The position numbers and the translations under genes were made by a program. This document shows positions 22,078 to 31,874 of a DNA stretch of 64,000 nucleotides, in pieces. The stretch comes from Naegleria gruberi. Its lineage: Eukaryota. Each line of letters begins with the position of its first letter. Position 1 is the stretch's first letter. The stretch is taken from assembly GCA_000004985.1 (NCBI GenBank), contig GG738895.1. One strand, given 5' to 3'. The notes under the pieces are model-generated. The model did no database searches. It worked only from the letters and a program-made list of their open reading frames with translations, and was not told where the DNA came from.

Positions 22078-23048
22078 ATGCTCAAAACCTCCAATCGTCT
22101 CTCCTCTCTTGTTTCTTGTCAAGCTTTAAAGGAAGCCATCAACAAGACAAGCAATATTAAAATTATTGACGGATCATGGCATATGCCAGCCATGAAACGT
22201 AATGGCTATGAAGAATATTTAAAAGAACACATTCCGAATGCTAGATTTTTTGATATTGATGGATTGAGTGATCAAAACACTGATTTGCCACACATGTTCC
22301 CTTCTGTTGAATTGTTTGAGAAGAGCATTACAGAAATGGGTATTGAAAATACTGATCAAATTGTTGTATATGATACTGCCTTTACTTCAGCATTCAGAGT
22401 TTGGTATACGTTTAAAGTTTTTGGACATGAAGGGAAGGTTAGCTTGTTGGATGGTGGATTAACCAAGTGGAAGCTATTGGGCTATCCTATCGAAAGTGGA
22501 AAACCAAATATTACTCCATCATCTCATCCGTACAAGGCCAAATATCAATCGGATTTTGTTGCAAGAATGGACGAAATTTTGGATAATTTGAATAATCAAA
22601 AATCATACATTGTTGGTATGTAATATTATTAGTGGAATATTAGTGAGATATGATACTATTTATTATACACTGAATAGATGCTAGATCAGCTGAAAGATTT
22701 AATGGAACTCAACCAGAACCTCGTCCAAATTTAAAGAGTGGACACATTCCAAATTCTTTCAATATTCCATTCCCAACTCTTGTCAATCCAGAAGATAAAA
22801 CTTTCAAGACAGATGAAGAGATTTTGAAATTATTCCAAAACTCTGGTTTGAACATTCAATACATTAATGATAAGATTGTAATTGACAAGCCAATTATTGG
22901 AAGTTGTGGAAGTGGTGTAACTGCTTGTGCCTTGCTCTATTCCCTTAATCTTCTTGGTGTTTCTCTTGATAAACTTCGTATTTATGATGGCTCCTTCTCG
23001 GAGTACGGAAAGGAATCATTCACCAATCCAGTTTCCCAAAGAAAATAA
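22078..23048 (+). CDS. Rhodanese-domain sulfurtransferase (3-mercaptopyruvate/thiosulfate sulfurtransferase type); 2 exons (22078..22615, 22678..23048)
   Basis: Two rhodanese halves are present. The 62-nt intron 22616..22677 (GTATGT...AATAG) joins IV|DARSAERFNGTQPEPRP..GHIPNSFNIPF. The active-site loop is CGSGVTA. Confidence 0.85.
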
Positions 23049-23094
23049 GTTTCAACAAGTTCCACACATCATTCACATTTCACTCAAAAAAAAA

Positions 23095-25389
23095 ATGTCA
23101 TCATATACAGAGATTATTAGTGGGTTAAGTGTTAGAGCCTCCGGTGTGCATACAAACTTGGATGAAAATGGAATGGTGACTAATAAAGATCCAAAAGAAA
23201 GACTTTTAGAAGTGTGTAAGGATATTATTTCCTACTACAATTCCTACCAAGACAAGACACAAGATTTCTGCCAGAAAATTACAGCCATATTCGAATCGTT
23301 TGTTGCAGACAAGAGGTTTAATTCAATCTTCCTTGAAAAGGATGTTGCAGCTGTTTATTCCGATTGTCTGATCAATCCGAAATATGGTATCAAATTAACA
23401 GGACACGGAGGTATTTGGAAGTTGGTCAATTTTCAACATATTGTTACGAAGGAGACGACAAAACAGTTTGTGGATATTGGTCTATTGGACATGTTCAATC
23501 AACTGAATGCCACAACTGTTGATTGTACCAATACTTCCTACACTACTTCTATCATGAATATTTATCATGTTATCGGAACTCAGAAGGAATATGCTCGATT
23601 GGTTGTTAGACCAGTGATTGCCCTGATACTCAAGCTTGAAAATAGTAGTTATGAAGCTAGAAATTATATGAATTACTTGTTTAATATTGTTGGATGTGAT
23701 AGGGAAAGAATTTTTGAAGAATATGGAAAAGATCTTGAAGAGGTCAATAAGAAATTTGAAAAGAACAAGAATCAAACAATCAAGCAACTTCTCTTTGATT
23801 TATTTGGCACAAAGAATGCAGAATTTGTTTCCCTATTGATTGACTATGCAGGAACTAAGAAGAAATACTCCTTCCCTATTGATAATGAGATTGAAACTAC
23901 TGTTGAAGATGTGACACAATTCATTTTGGAGAAGTGTGTTATGGAGGATGTAGATGTGATTGAGAGTCATGAATTACAAATTTACGATATGGATATTGAG
24001 GACTATGTGGATTTTGATTTTATTGATTCGGATATTTTTGGAAAGGATGGTAATGCTGCCAAGTTCAAGTTGAACGTTACAATTGATTATGATAAAAAGA
24101 GAAAAAAGGAAGAAAAAAGAGAATCCGAGTTGAGAGAATTATCCGAGAAGAGTATATCTAGTATCAACCTTTCAGAAAAGTCGCTGGCAGACTCTGTACC
24201 ATCTTCTCACAAATTCGATAGCAGTATTGCTAGCTCAGGAATTGAAATGTCTAGTATGGAAATGTCCGCTATGAAAGATTCAGGAAATGAAATTTCTGGT
24301 ATTCCAATGTCAGGAATCCAAATGTCTGGTATTGAAATGTCTGGAATTCAAATGTCAGGCGTTGAAATGTCAGGTATTGAAATGTCTGGATTTTCGTCAT
24401 CTCACTCAATCTCAGGTCATAATGGTCCTCTTGAAATGCCATCATTTATTTCTGCTGCTGAAAATGCTCCAAAGGTAGAGCTAACCGAGAATAGTTTATT
24501 AGGTGGCAGCTTTGAGATTCCAGATTCATTCAAAGAACCAGTTGTCACATCTCAAAAGGACAAAAAGACCAAAAAGATTGTTAATGAAACATATCAAATA
24601 TTGGATAAGATTGAATCTAATGAATCAATGATTGATAGAAAGGTTTATATTGCAAAGGATTTGGCCAACAAATCTGGTCCAAATATTGTAATCAAATATT
24701 TACCAATCAAATCAACCACCGAATTCAACAGATGTATGAAGGAAGGAGTAAATATGATTCGTATGGGAAGAACTATTCAACAAAAGAAGATTCCACTCGC
24801 AAACATATTCGATGTCTTTGAAGAAGAAGACAAGGAGAAGAATAAGGCATCCATCAGATTCCTTTGTTTTGCCATGCCTTACTATGGATCTGGAAATTTG
24901 CAAACCTATTTGGAATCAAAGAATCAACCATCCTTGGATTGGAATTTCATCTACTCTCTATTCAAGCAAATTGTTAATGGTTTGGTGTATTTGCATGAAC
25001 AAAATATTGCTCACAAGAATCTCAAACTCTCCAATGTTTTCTTTGTGGATGAGGATAAAATCGTACTGACAGATTATGGACTAAATAGTGACATTTCATC
25101 ACAAGTACCAGAACACAATTCTCTGAGCAATGTGGAAAATATTCCAATTGAGAAATTCCAAAAGGCAGATATCTATCAAGCCGGGTTAATATTTGCCTCC
25201 CTGTGTTTGCTCCTGAATGGTAACACGGTGAGTAATTTGACTACGATTTTGAAGGAAGGAGAAAGCTCATTAAGAAATTCTCTTGGTAAAATCCCAGAAA
25301 AAGCAAAGGACATGGCTGTCAAATTATTGACTCAAGATCCAAATGAAAGACCATCCATTCAGCAAGTTGTCAATTTGTTGGATATCTAG
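23095..25389 (+). CDS. Protein with C-terminal protein-kinase-like domain predicted to be catalytically inactive (pseudokinase) and an internal MSGIx pentapeptide repeat
   Basis: A-tract+ATG at 23095. The kinase-fold C-terminus has VIKYL, then HKNLKLSN in place of HRDLKxxN and DYG in place of DFG. It has no glycine-rich loop and no APE. Confidence 0.7.
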   Translation: MSSYTEIISGLSVRASGVHTNLDENGMVTNKDPKERLLEVCKDIISYYNSYQDKTQDFCQKITAIFESFVADKRFNSIFLEKDVAAVYSDCLINPKYGIKLTGHGGIWKLVNFQHIVTKETTKQFVDIGLLDMFNQLNATTVDCTNTSYTTSIMNIYHVIGTQKEYARLVVRPVIALILKLENSSYEARNYMNYLFNIVGCDRERIFEEYGKDLEEVNKKFEKNKNQTIKQLLFDLFGTKNAEFVSLLIDYAGTKKKYSFPIDNEIETTVEDVTQFILEKCVMEDVDVIESHELQIYDMDIEDYVDFDFIDSDIFGKDGNAAKFKLNVTIDYDKKRKKEEKRESELRELSEKSISSINLSEKSLADSVPSSHKFDSSIASSGIEMSSMEMSAMKDSGNEISGIPMSGIQMSGIEMSGIQMSGVEMSGIEMSGFSSSHSISGHNGPLEMPSFISAAENAPKVELTENSLLGGSFEIPDSFKEPVVTSQKDKKTKKIVNETYQILDKIESNESMIDRKVYIAKDLANKSGPNIVIKYLPIKSTTEFNRCMKEGVNMIRMGRTIQQKKIPLANIFDVFEEEDKEKNKASIRFLCFAMPYYGSGNLQTYLESKNQPSLDWNFIYSLFKQIVNGLVYLHEQNIAHKNLKLSNVFFVDEDKIVLTDYGLNSDISSQVPEHNSLSNVENIPIEKFQKADIYQAGLIFASLCLLLNGNTVSNLTTILKEGESSLRNSLGKIPEKAKDMAVKLLTQDPNERPSIQQVVNLLDI
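24236..24400 (+). repeat. 15-nt (pentapeptide) coding tandem repeat, consensus (G/S)-I-x-M-S
   Basis: SGIEMSSMEMSAMKDSGNEISGIPMSGIQMSGIEMSGIQMSGVEMSGIEMSG. The DNA units are ggaattcaaatgtca/ggtattgaaatgtct. Confidence 0.8.
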
Positions 25390-25445
25390 TCAAATCTCTT
25401 TCTTAAATCCATTATAAACATTGGTCAAATTTATTGAGGCAAATT

Positions 25446-26779
25446 CTAATTGTTTTTTATAGAAGAGTAACACTCGGTCGTGTAATATAGTTGATCTATA
25501 GCCTCACTAAATCCTCTTTCTTCAAAGCCTTCCCCTACAATCCAGTGAACATAAGCTCTCTTGCTATACATCTTATCAAATTGTAGAGCAAGGTTATTAA
25601 GATAACTTGTTATTGAACTGGTATTGTTGGCAATGTGCATTACATTTTTAAAATGGAAAGAGGTTGGATGAATATTTACAGGTGCCTTTCTTGATATTTG
25701 ATATTGAGCTTGTTCATTGTTGTAAGTTTTGAGTACTTTCGAAAGAGAATCAGTATGATGATGTGAAAAATCTCCTCTCATTGATGTGTTCATTGCTATG
25801 GAAACTCCATCAGCCTTATTAACACTATTCAAAGAGGATTTTTTTGAAAAGAGATCCTTAATATTGAATTCAGTACTGGATGTATCTTGCAAGTTTACAA
25901 AACTATTAGATATTATATTAGTTTCGGCTGTTACACCCAAATAATCAATGACATTATTTAAACTTCCTTCATTTGAGAATCTAATCTGAGATGTTAATGT
26001 TGAAATACTTTGTGAAATTAAATGATTCATGTCCTTGAAATTAGGATTCTCAATTCCACACTCCACACAAGCATCCAATAGTGAACAATTATCAAATGCA
26101 AATATACATTTCATTCTATCATAAATATAATTCAAGCCAATAACTGAATTGTAAGTATCCAACATTGAAGTAGAATAAGTTGCACCTGGAAAAACAGTAA
26201 AGGTTGACTCGAAACATTATCTCAATATTCAACATGAAACTCTCACAAACCTACCATTGGTAATTTAAATTCATTTGCCAAACCCCAGACAATACGAGAG
26301 GTTGATCCAGATCCAGTTCCTCCACCAAGTGCTTGAGTAATCAATATACTCTCCACTGAATCACATCGTTCCAGCATTTTCCTAACTCTCTCCTCAATAT
26401 AATTAATTTCACAAGATGACATTGAAAAATAGCCTTTACCAAAGTTTGAGGCAGCATCTTCATTACCACATATTATATTTTCCTCCTTAAATTGAACATG
26501 CAATTGATGATCATTATGCAATGAACTTTGTAGTTGTTGGGGATCGGAATCAAAGAATAAACATCGAGGATGATAGACATTCTCCACTCTAATGGATTCA
26601 TCATATAAACATGATAGATTATTAATTTGTGGATCATTGTGGATATTGCTATTTTCTAAAAGTGAATTAGTGTTGTTGTTGTTGGATTGTAATCCGTGTT
26701 CATCGGCAAATAATTGCCAGAGATCAGTGCCGATCTGAGTTCCGCAATTACCAATATGCAAAAATATCAATTCTTTCAT
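25446..26779 (-). CDS. Highly divergent tubulin-family protein (alpha-like); 2 exons (26255..26779, 25446..26207)
   Basis: MKELIFLHIGNCGTQIGTDLWQLFADEHGL, GNEDAASNFGKGY, ALGGGTGSGSTS and YVHWIVGEGFEERGFSEA all align with tubulin landmarks. The 47-nt intron 26208..26254 (GTAGGT...CGAG) gives KLPM|STFTVFPGATYS, compared with tubulin IMNTFSVVPSPKVS. Confidence 0.8.
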
Positions 26780-26920
26780 TTTTTTTTTAAATATTAAATA
26801 TTTTAAATACAATAATTGTAATGTCCTTAATATTTAAAGATGTATTTTGTCAAGTGTTGAAGTTCTCTTGAACTTTGATCTTTAAATAGATTTTGAAAAA
26901 AACAATTTTCAAAAAAAAAA

Positions 26921-27832
26921 ATGATTCAATTCTTGGATCCAAATGTTGTGCAATTTGAAATTTTACCTCATCTCGATGATCGATCCGTTATTTCACTCCT
27001 ATCGACATGTAAAATTGTCAATCAGGTAATTTCTATTCCGGACTATATCGAAACAAAATTGAAAATAATGGATGAAGAAATTTTGAGTCAGAAATTCAAT
27101 GAGTTGGAACAAAGTCCAATCCAAGTGAATAGAATTAATGAAATATTTAGATTAGCATATTTGAATTTTAGAGAAGGAATGTTTCAAACTGAAAAGCAAT
27201 TGTTAGGAACAGTTAAAGTGGATGAGGCACAATGTTATGGAAAATTGAAATCTCAATATACTCTTTTGCAGAGATATGTTTTCAAGAATTCCGACAAATT
27301 ATCACCACACTGTAATAGGAGTGTTTTTTCAGGTTCAACAGGATTTTGGAATTCTCATAGTGTTGATTTTAAAATCTCAAAAGAGAATACTGTATATTAT
27401 TGGTCCATTGTCCTTACAGCATTTGATCGTAAGATATCAAATAGCTGGGCAATACTTGTAGGTTTTGCTGAAGAGGATGCTGCCTCATCATTATCTAAAA
27501 GCTGGATTCCATCTGGATATTGTGTCAAATCAAATGCAATACTTGAAAATAGTTATACATCATACACAGAGAGCCTTGTGAATACGGAAGGAGATGTCAT
27601 TGGAATTGAGTGCTATGTCCAAAACAAAACAGTCTATTTCAATGTTTACTCTCCTTCGAGGAACCATCAGACCTTTCAATTCAAATCTGTGAATAGTAAT
27701 ATAGTACCAATGGTATCTATGGTACACTCTCAATCACTCCAATTACTTTCATTACTTCCGTGGGATGGGCATGTGGAAAGCTTGAAATCCTTTGGAGAAT
27801 GTGCAACAAGGATTTGTACAGCAGAAGAATGA
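26921..27832 (+). CDS. F-box-like + SPRY-like domain protein (copy 1 of an inverted pair)
   Basis: The N-terminus reads VQFEILPHLDDRSVISLLSTCKIV (F-box-like). The C-terminus reads YYWSIVLTAF...WAILVGFAEE...GDVIGIECYVQNKTVYFNV, which fits the SPRY core pattern. It is about 89 percent identical in protein to 52502..53413 (-). Confidence 0.7.
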   Translation: MIQFLDPNVVQFEILPHLDDRSVISLLSTCKIVNQVISIPDYIETKLKIMDEEILSQKFNELEQSPIQVNRINEIFRLAYLNFREGMFQTEKQLLGTVKVDEAQCYGKLKSQYTLLQRYVFKNSDKLSPHCNRSVFSGSTGFWNSHSVDFKISKENTVYYWSIVLTAFDRKISNSWAILVGFAEEDAASSLSKSWIPSGYCVKSNAILENSYTSYTESLVNTEGDVIGIECYVQNKTVYFNVYSPSRNHQTFQFKSVNSNIVPMVSMVHSQSLQLLSLLPWDGHVESLKSFGECATRICTAEE

Positions 27833-27966
27833 TTTTATTGTTTGAAGAATTAAATTTCAAACAATAAATTACTATTCTATTATTGATGGATATCCAATGA
27901 TGATGTTCACTGAATATCAATGTTTTCCAGTATTGAAACCTTGATCTCTTTTTTACAACAAAAAAA

Positions 27967-29454
27967 ATGGGAAATAACAAGAGCAGAAATCCAACTCCCA
28001 TTCCACCACCATCTTTCGAATTAGATTTCCGAACCATCAAGGAAATTAATCAGGAAAAATTTGTGTTGCATCCAGATTTAACATTCGAAATGGCAACAAA
28101 TTATTTGGAAATTGGTGAAATTTTACAATTGGCATTGTCATGTAAATTATTGTACTCGTATTTGTGGTTTGATCAGGAAAAATTGTGGAACGCAGTGGCA
28201 AGGAGAGATGGCTTTACGATTCGACAGCACGAATGTAAACAACTTTATCGTACGTTGAGGAAGAAGGAGATTAGTTTATTGGAAAATCCAAAATTTAGTT
28301 TGGTTTCTCTCTTTTGGAAACCAGAATTTGTTGCTGAATTTGGGAATATTGAATTGAATCAATTAATTTACATATTAAGAAATCCACATTTTCACATAAT
28401 GGTTAAAGCCAATTTGATTGAATTTTCATTGAAACAATTCATCACTAGTGAGAATTACAAAAAATTGAAGAATCTTTTATATTCAATGTGTAGGATTGAA
28501 AATGGAACAAACATTATATTACCAGATGGTTATTTAGAGAGACCTCCATCTAAAATAACTCTCCTTTCATTATTATGTAAACATTTATTCGAAATACCAG
28601 GTGCTGATGATATTATTATAAGATTTGCACCTTTTGGATTGGTATCTGAGGAAGTGAACAAGTATTCCTCTGTCTTTACATTTGAAAAGAGAATCATTTT
28701 AATATTATTAGAAAAGTGCAAAAGAAAGGAACCTAATTTGGATCAATACTTTACAATATTCACTCAAATATTCGAGAAGAAATTACATTTACTGGAAAAT
28801 TTCTATCAATTCAAAGACTTATTGGACTCATTTCAAACACTGGACATTGAAAAAATTACTCCTACCTTAATCCATTTACTTTCCAGTAATGAGAAATTAT
28901 TTCCAGGAGCTACCTTGCTTGATCTACATGTTTATCATCCAAAAATTGTTGCAGAAATATCAAAGCTGTCTCATTTACCTTGCAATCACTCAATGAACTA
29001 CATTCTAAAGTATTTAGATAACAGTACATTTTCATCTCAAGAACAACTTGCTATACCTCTTGATTCTCTTTTTCAAATATGGGGAAAATATGGTAAAATG
29101 ATTTCTCAATATTATCTAAGAAGGATTTGTGAATTGGATTTTGAAAGAACTGTGAATCAAATATTGGAATGTGAGCCCGTGTCTTTCTGTTCTTTTGACT
29201 GGGATAATCAGCGTTACCAATTTCAGTATTTGTTTTTCTTGAAACAACTGGAAAACCATGTCAAGACTCTTGATTCTTCTGAATATGGATTATTCTTTCA
29301 GAAACTGAAAAAGGTATCAGAAACCATCCATCAGAACAGCAAAGGAGAGGGATACACGAAAATACTGAATTCTATTCTCTTTGAGATTGAGCGGTTTGCA
29401 TCCCAGTATCCATTCAGTAACTCTTTGAAAAAAGCAATTGAACGAGATTTTTAA
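27967..29454 (+). CDS. Hypothetical protein starting MGNNKS (N-myristoylation consensus) with weak F-box-like segment
   Basis: 495-aa ORF with A-tract+ATG. EIGEILQLALSCKLLYSYLWFDQEKLW resembles an F-box. The remainder is unassigned. Confidence 0.5.
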   Translation: MGNNKSRNPTPIPPPSFELDFRTIKEINQEKFVLHPDLTFEMATNYLEIGEILQLALSCKLLYSYLWFDQEKLWNAVARRDGFTIRQHECKQLYRTLRKKEISLLENPKFSLVSLFWKPEFVAEFGNIELNQLIYILRNPHFHIMVKANLIEFSLKQFITSENYKKLKNLLYSMCRIENGTNIILPDGYLERPPSKITLLSLLCKHLFEIPGADDIIIRFAPFGLVSEEVNKYSSVFTFEKRIILILLEKCKRKEPNLDQYFTIFTQIFEKKLHLLENFYQFKDLLDSFQTLDIEKITPTLIHLLSSNEKLFPGATLLDLHVYHPKIVAEISKLSHLPCNHSMNYILKYLDNSTFSSQEQLAIPLDSLFQIWGKYGKMISQYYLRRICELDFERTVNQILECEPVSFCSFDWDNQRYQFQYLFFLKQLENHVKTLDSSEYGLFFQKLKKVSETIHQNSKGEGYTKILNSILFEIERFASQYPFSNSLKKAIERDF

Positions 29455-29593
29455 AACAAATGAAAGTCAACTAGTTGCCTCATCACAACATGATGTTTAG
29501 AAGAGAATCAAAGATAGCCACCTTTTTGAATTGAGGGTTTTATTTCAAGTCGATGGATGGGAAGTGTACCAACATACCACATTTAATGAGCTA

Positions 29594-30393
29594 CTATTTA
29601 ACAGTGAACACATCTCCTTCAACGGCAGCCCCAGGCAATGTAAGAACAATTCCTTGAAAATGAATAGCAAGTATAAATTCATTGACACATTCATCAGAAT
29701 TAATCATTTCTTCAGTTAATCCCATGAATTTCATAACTTGTTGAATTGATTTCCTTGCAGAAAAATTGTCGTTTCTACGAAAATCAATAAAAATACTATT
29801 ATTAAGCAATGGTACACTATTTTGGTAAACTGATAATACCCTTGTTAATCCTCCATTTCCATTACGTCCTCCAAAAGAAGAAAATCTCAATATTAAATCC
29901 ATTTGCTTAATTGTGTTTAAAATTTCTCCATTTACAGATGTAACAATAAGGTCATTATGTAGACTAATTTGCAAATCAGATGATGAAAATGATATAAAAC
30001 TTTTAACGAATATAAAAGGAGTTATGAGAGAAATCATTTTTCCAACCAATTCATTATTCGATTCGTTTAGAATAGCTGGTTGTTTAGTCACTACATTGTT
30101 CACAATTGCTTGTAAAAAACCGAAAATCTCAAACAAGTCAACATTAGTGCTACATTCGTCCAAGAAGAATACGAAACATTTGTTTTCTCGCAGCTGAATA
30201 TTCCTCTAACTTTCATCCCTTCCAATAACTCAGTTTCCAAACGATGACGCCAGAAATCAACAGCTCCAATCAAAGTTTCATTCCAATTCCTAATTCACAC
30301 AAGTCGGAGAACAAGTACAGACATTGGTGATGGATGAAACAAGTGTGAAATTATTTCATTGATGAAAATATCTGCTGGCATGAGTGATGACAT
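29594..30393 (-). pseudogene. F-box-like gene with an in-frame TGA and a frame change (pseudogene or unresolved splicing)
   Basis: A-tract+ATG at 30393. MSSLMPADIFINEIISHLFHPSPMSVLVLRLV is followed by TGA (30295..30297), then IRNWNETLIGAVDFWRHRL in the same frame. The long ORF 29594..30163 lies in another frame. Confidence 0.4.
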
Positions 30394-30503
30394 TTTTTTT
30401 AGACGAATGTTTATTGTAATGAAAACTAATCTGTACTGGAAAGTAAATCATAAACATTCTGTTGTCTGTCACAGCTTAGCGAGAGACTTTCTTATTTACC
30501 ATT

Positions 30504-31664
30504 TTAATTAAATATCAAATAATTGTTCAAACTATTAAAAAGTTCTGTATCCGAAGGTTTTGAATTCATTTCTCTAATTAATTTCTTCCAATCTTTACAT
30601 TTAATTTCTTCTGGTTGGTTATTTTTTGTAATTGTCTTGAATTGTTGAACCATTACTTGACCTGCCTTTTCTAGTAAGTTGATTTCTACATTTGGAAGAA
30701 ATTGAACTATAAATGGATTTTTTTCAACTAATTTCTCAATCAATTGTGGATCTTTTGAAAATTTTTCATCAACTATTTTCAAACATTTTGCATCCTTCGC
30801 CACCAATTCCATTTCAAATTCATCCAAATTTGGAATTTCTGAAATAATTACTGATTTGTAAAATCTATAATTCATTCCATTCAAAGAAATTGCTTTCATT
30901 AAAAAATCTCTATTTCCTACAAATTTGGAAGGTATATCATTAATGATATAATCATCCACTTCGACTGCTTTTAATACAACTTGTTCATCATTTTCCCATG
31001 GTTCAATATCTCCAATCCAATATATTGGAAGTCCATATTCGAAACTCTTAATGAGTAAATCCTTATTTTGGAGTTTCCAATCTAGACCTTGATGGGTTGG
31101 GTCAATTTCGATTTGTTTGGAGATGAATTCTCTTGAATTAAGTAGTGATTCGTCAACTCCTGAGAGGACTATTCCAGATTTCATGGCTTGGAGAACAAAA
31201 TCCACATTCGAAAGTAAACTATTGTTTTCTCTAGCCATTTCAGCATAATCCACAACTATATCCGTTTGAAAAACTGTATTCAGCAGTCTCTCCTCAGCAA
31301 TTTCATAAACAAGCTTTCTTTCTTCTTCAGTTAATTGTACTAACTTTCCAATAGCTTCAAAAACTAAACTACCTAATCTATTTCTCATATCCAGAGTCAT
31401 TTCCTTCCAAGCATGTTTCCAAAAATCTTGTCTTTTCAACACTGAGAAGGGAAGATCAAAAAGTAAATTCAATACTAATAAATGGCCATTATTAAATAGT
31501 CTGAAAATCCAATACGAATCTTGTGTGAAAAGTTTTATTAGAAATGGAGCGAACGGAAGAAGTTTTGATAATTGGTGCAAGTGATGATTGCTTTCGTATT
31601 GGTGCGATAGCAAGGCAAGGTCTTGAGATAAATCAAATAATTGGAACGAAACTTGTTCAGACAT
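30504..31664 (-). CDS. Hypothetical protein with DUF4116-like repeats
   Basis: 386-aa ORF with A-tract+ATG. It has repeated segments of the form D.e.VLkAv..d.y.i..ip..f..n.dF (VDFVLQAMKSG, EQVVLKAVEVDDYIINDIPSKFVGNRDFLMKAISLNG, ELVAKDAKCLKIVDEKFSKDPQLIEKLVEKNP). Confidence 0.5.
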   Translation of the reverse strand: MSEQVSFQLFDLSQDLALLSHQYESNHHLHQLSKLLPFAPFLIKLFTQDSYWIFRLFNNGHLLVLNLLFDLPFSVLKRQDFWKHAWKEMTLDMRNRLGSLVFEAIGKLVQLTEEERKLVYEIAEERLLNTVFQTDIVVDYAEMARENNSLLSNVDFVLQAMKSGIVLSGVDESLLNSREFISKQIEIDPTHQGLDWKLQNKDLLIKSFEYGLPIYWIGDIEPWENDEQVVLKAVEVDDYIINDIPSKFVGNRDFLMKAISLNGMNYRFYKSVIISEIPNLDEFEMELVAKDAKCLKIVDEKFSKDPQLIEKLVEKNPFIVQFLPNVEINLLEKAGQVMVQQFKTITKNNQPEEIKCKDWKKLIREMNSKPSDTELFNSLNNYLIFN

Positions 31665-31800
31665 TTTTTTTCATTATAATGATAGTTTCCAATAAGTGAA
31701 GCTTCATTATCTACAAGTAACCTCCATTAATCAACTATTTGAAATCTCAATCGAGGTTGCATTCTGTCTATTCAAAAAATTTAGTTAATTGCCCAAAAGA

Positions 31801-31874
31801 TGCCTCCCTTGGGAATCGAACCCAAGACCTCTGTCTTACTAGGACAGCGCTACTGCCAACTGAGCTAGGAAGGC
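31801..31874 (-). tRNA. tRNA-Thr (anticodon AGU)
   Basis: The reverse complement GCCTTCCTAGCTCAGTTGGCAGTAGCGCTGTCCTAGTAAGACAGAGGTCTTGGGTTCGATTCCCAAGGGAGGCA folds as a cloverleaf. The anticodon loop is CUAGUAA. A T-run lies downstream. Confidence 0.95.

Noticed and set aside
30295-30297. In-frame TGA as a selenocysteine codon
   Set aside because: The position corresponds to a structural Cys of an F-box helix, not a redox site. I saw no SECIS-like structure, and the gene also changes frame downstream. A nonsense mutation is the simpler reading.
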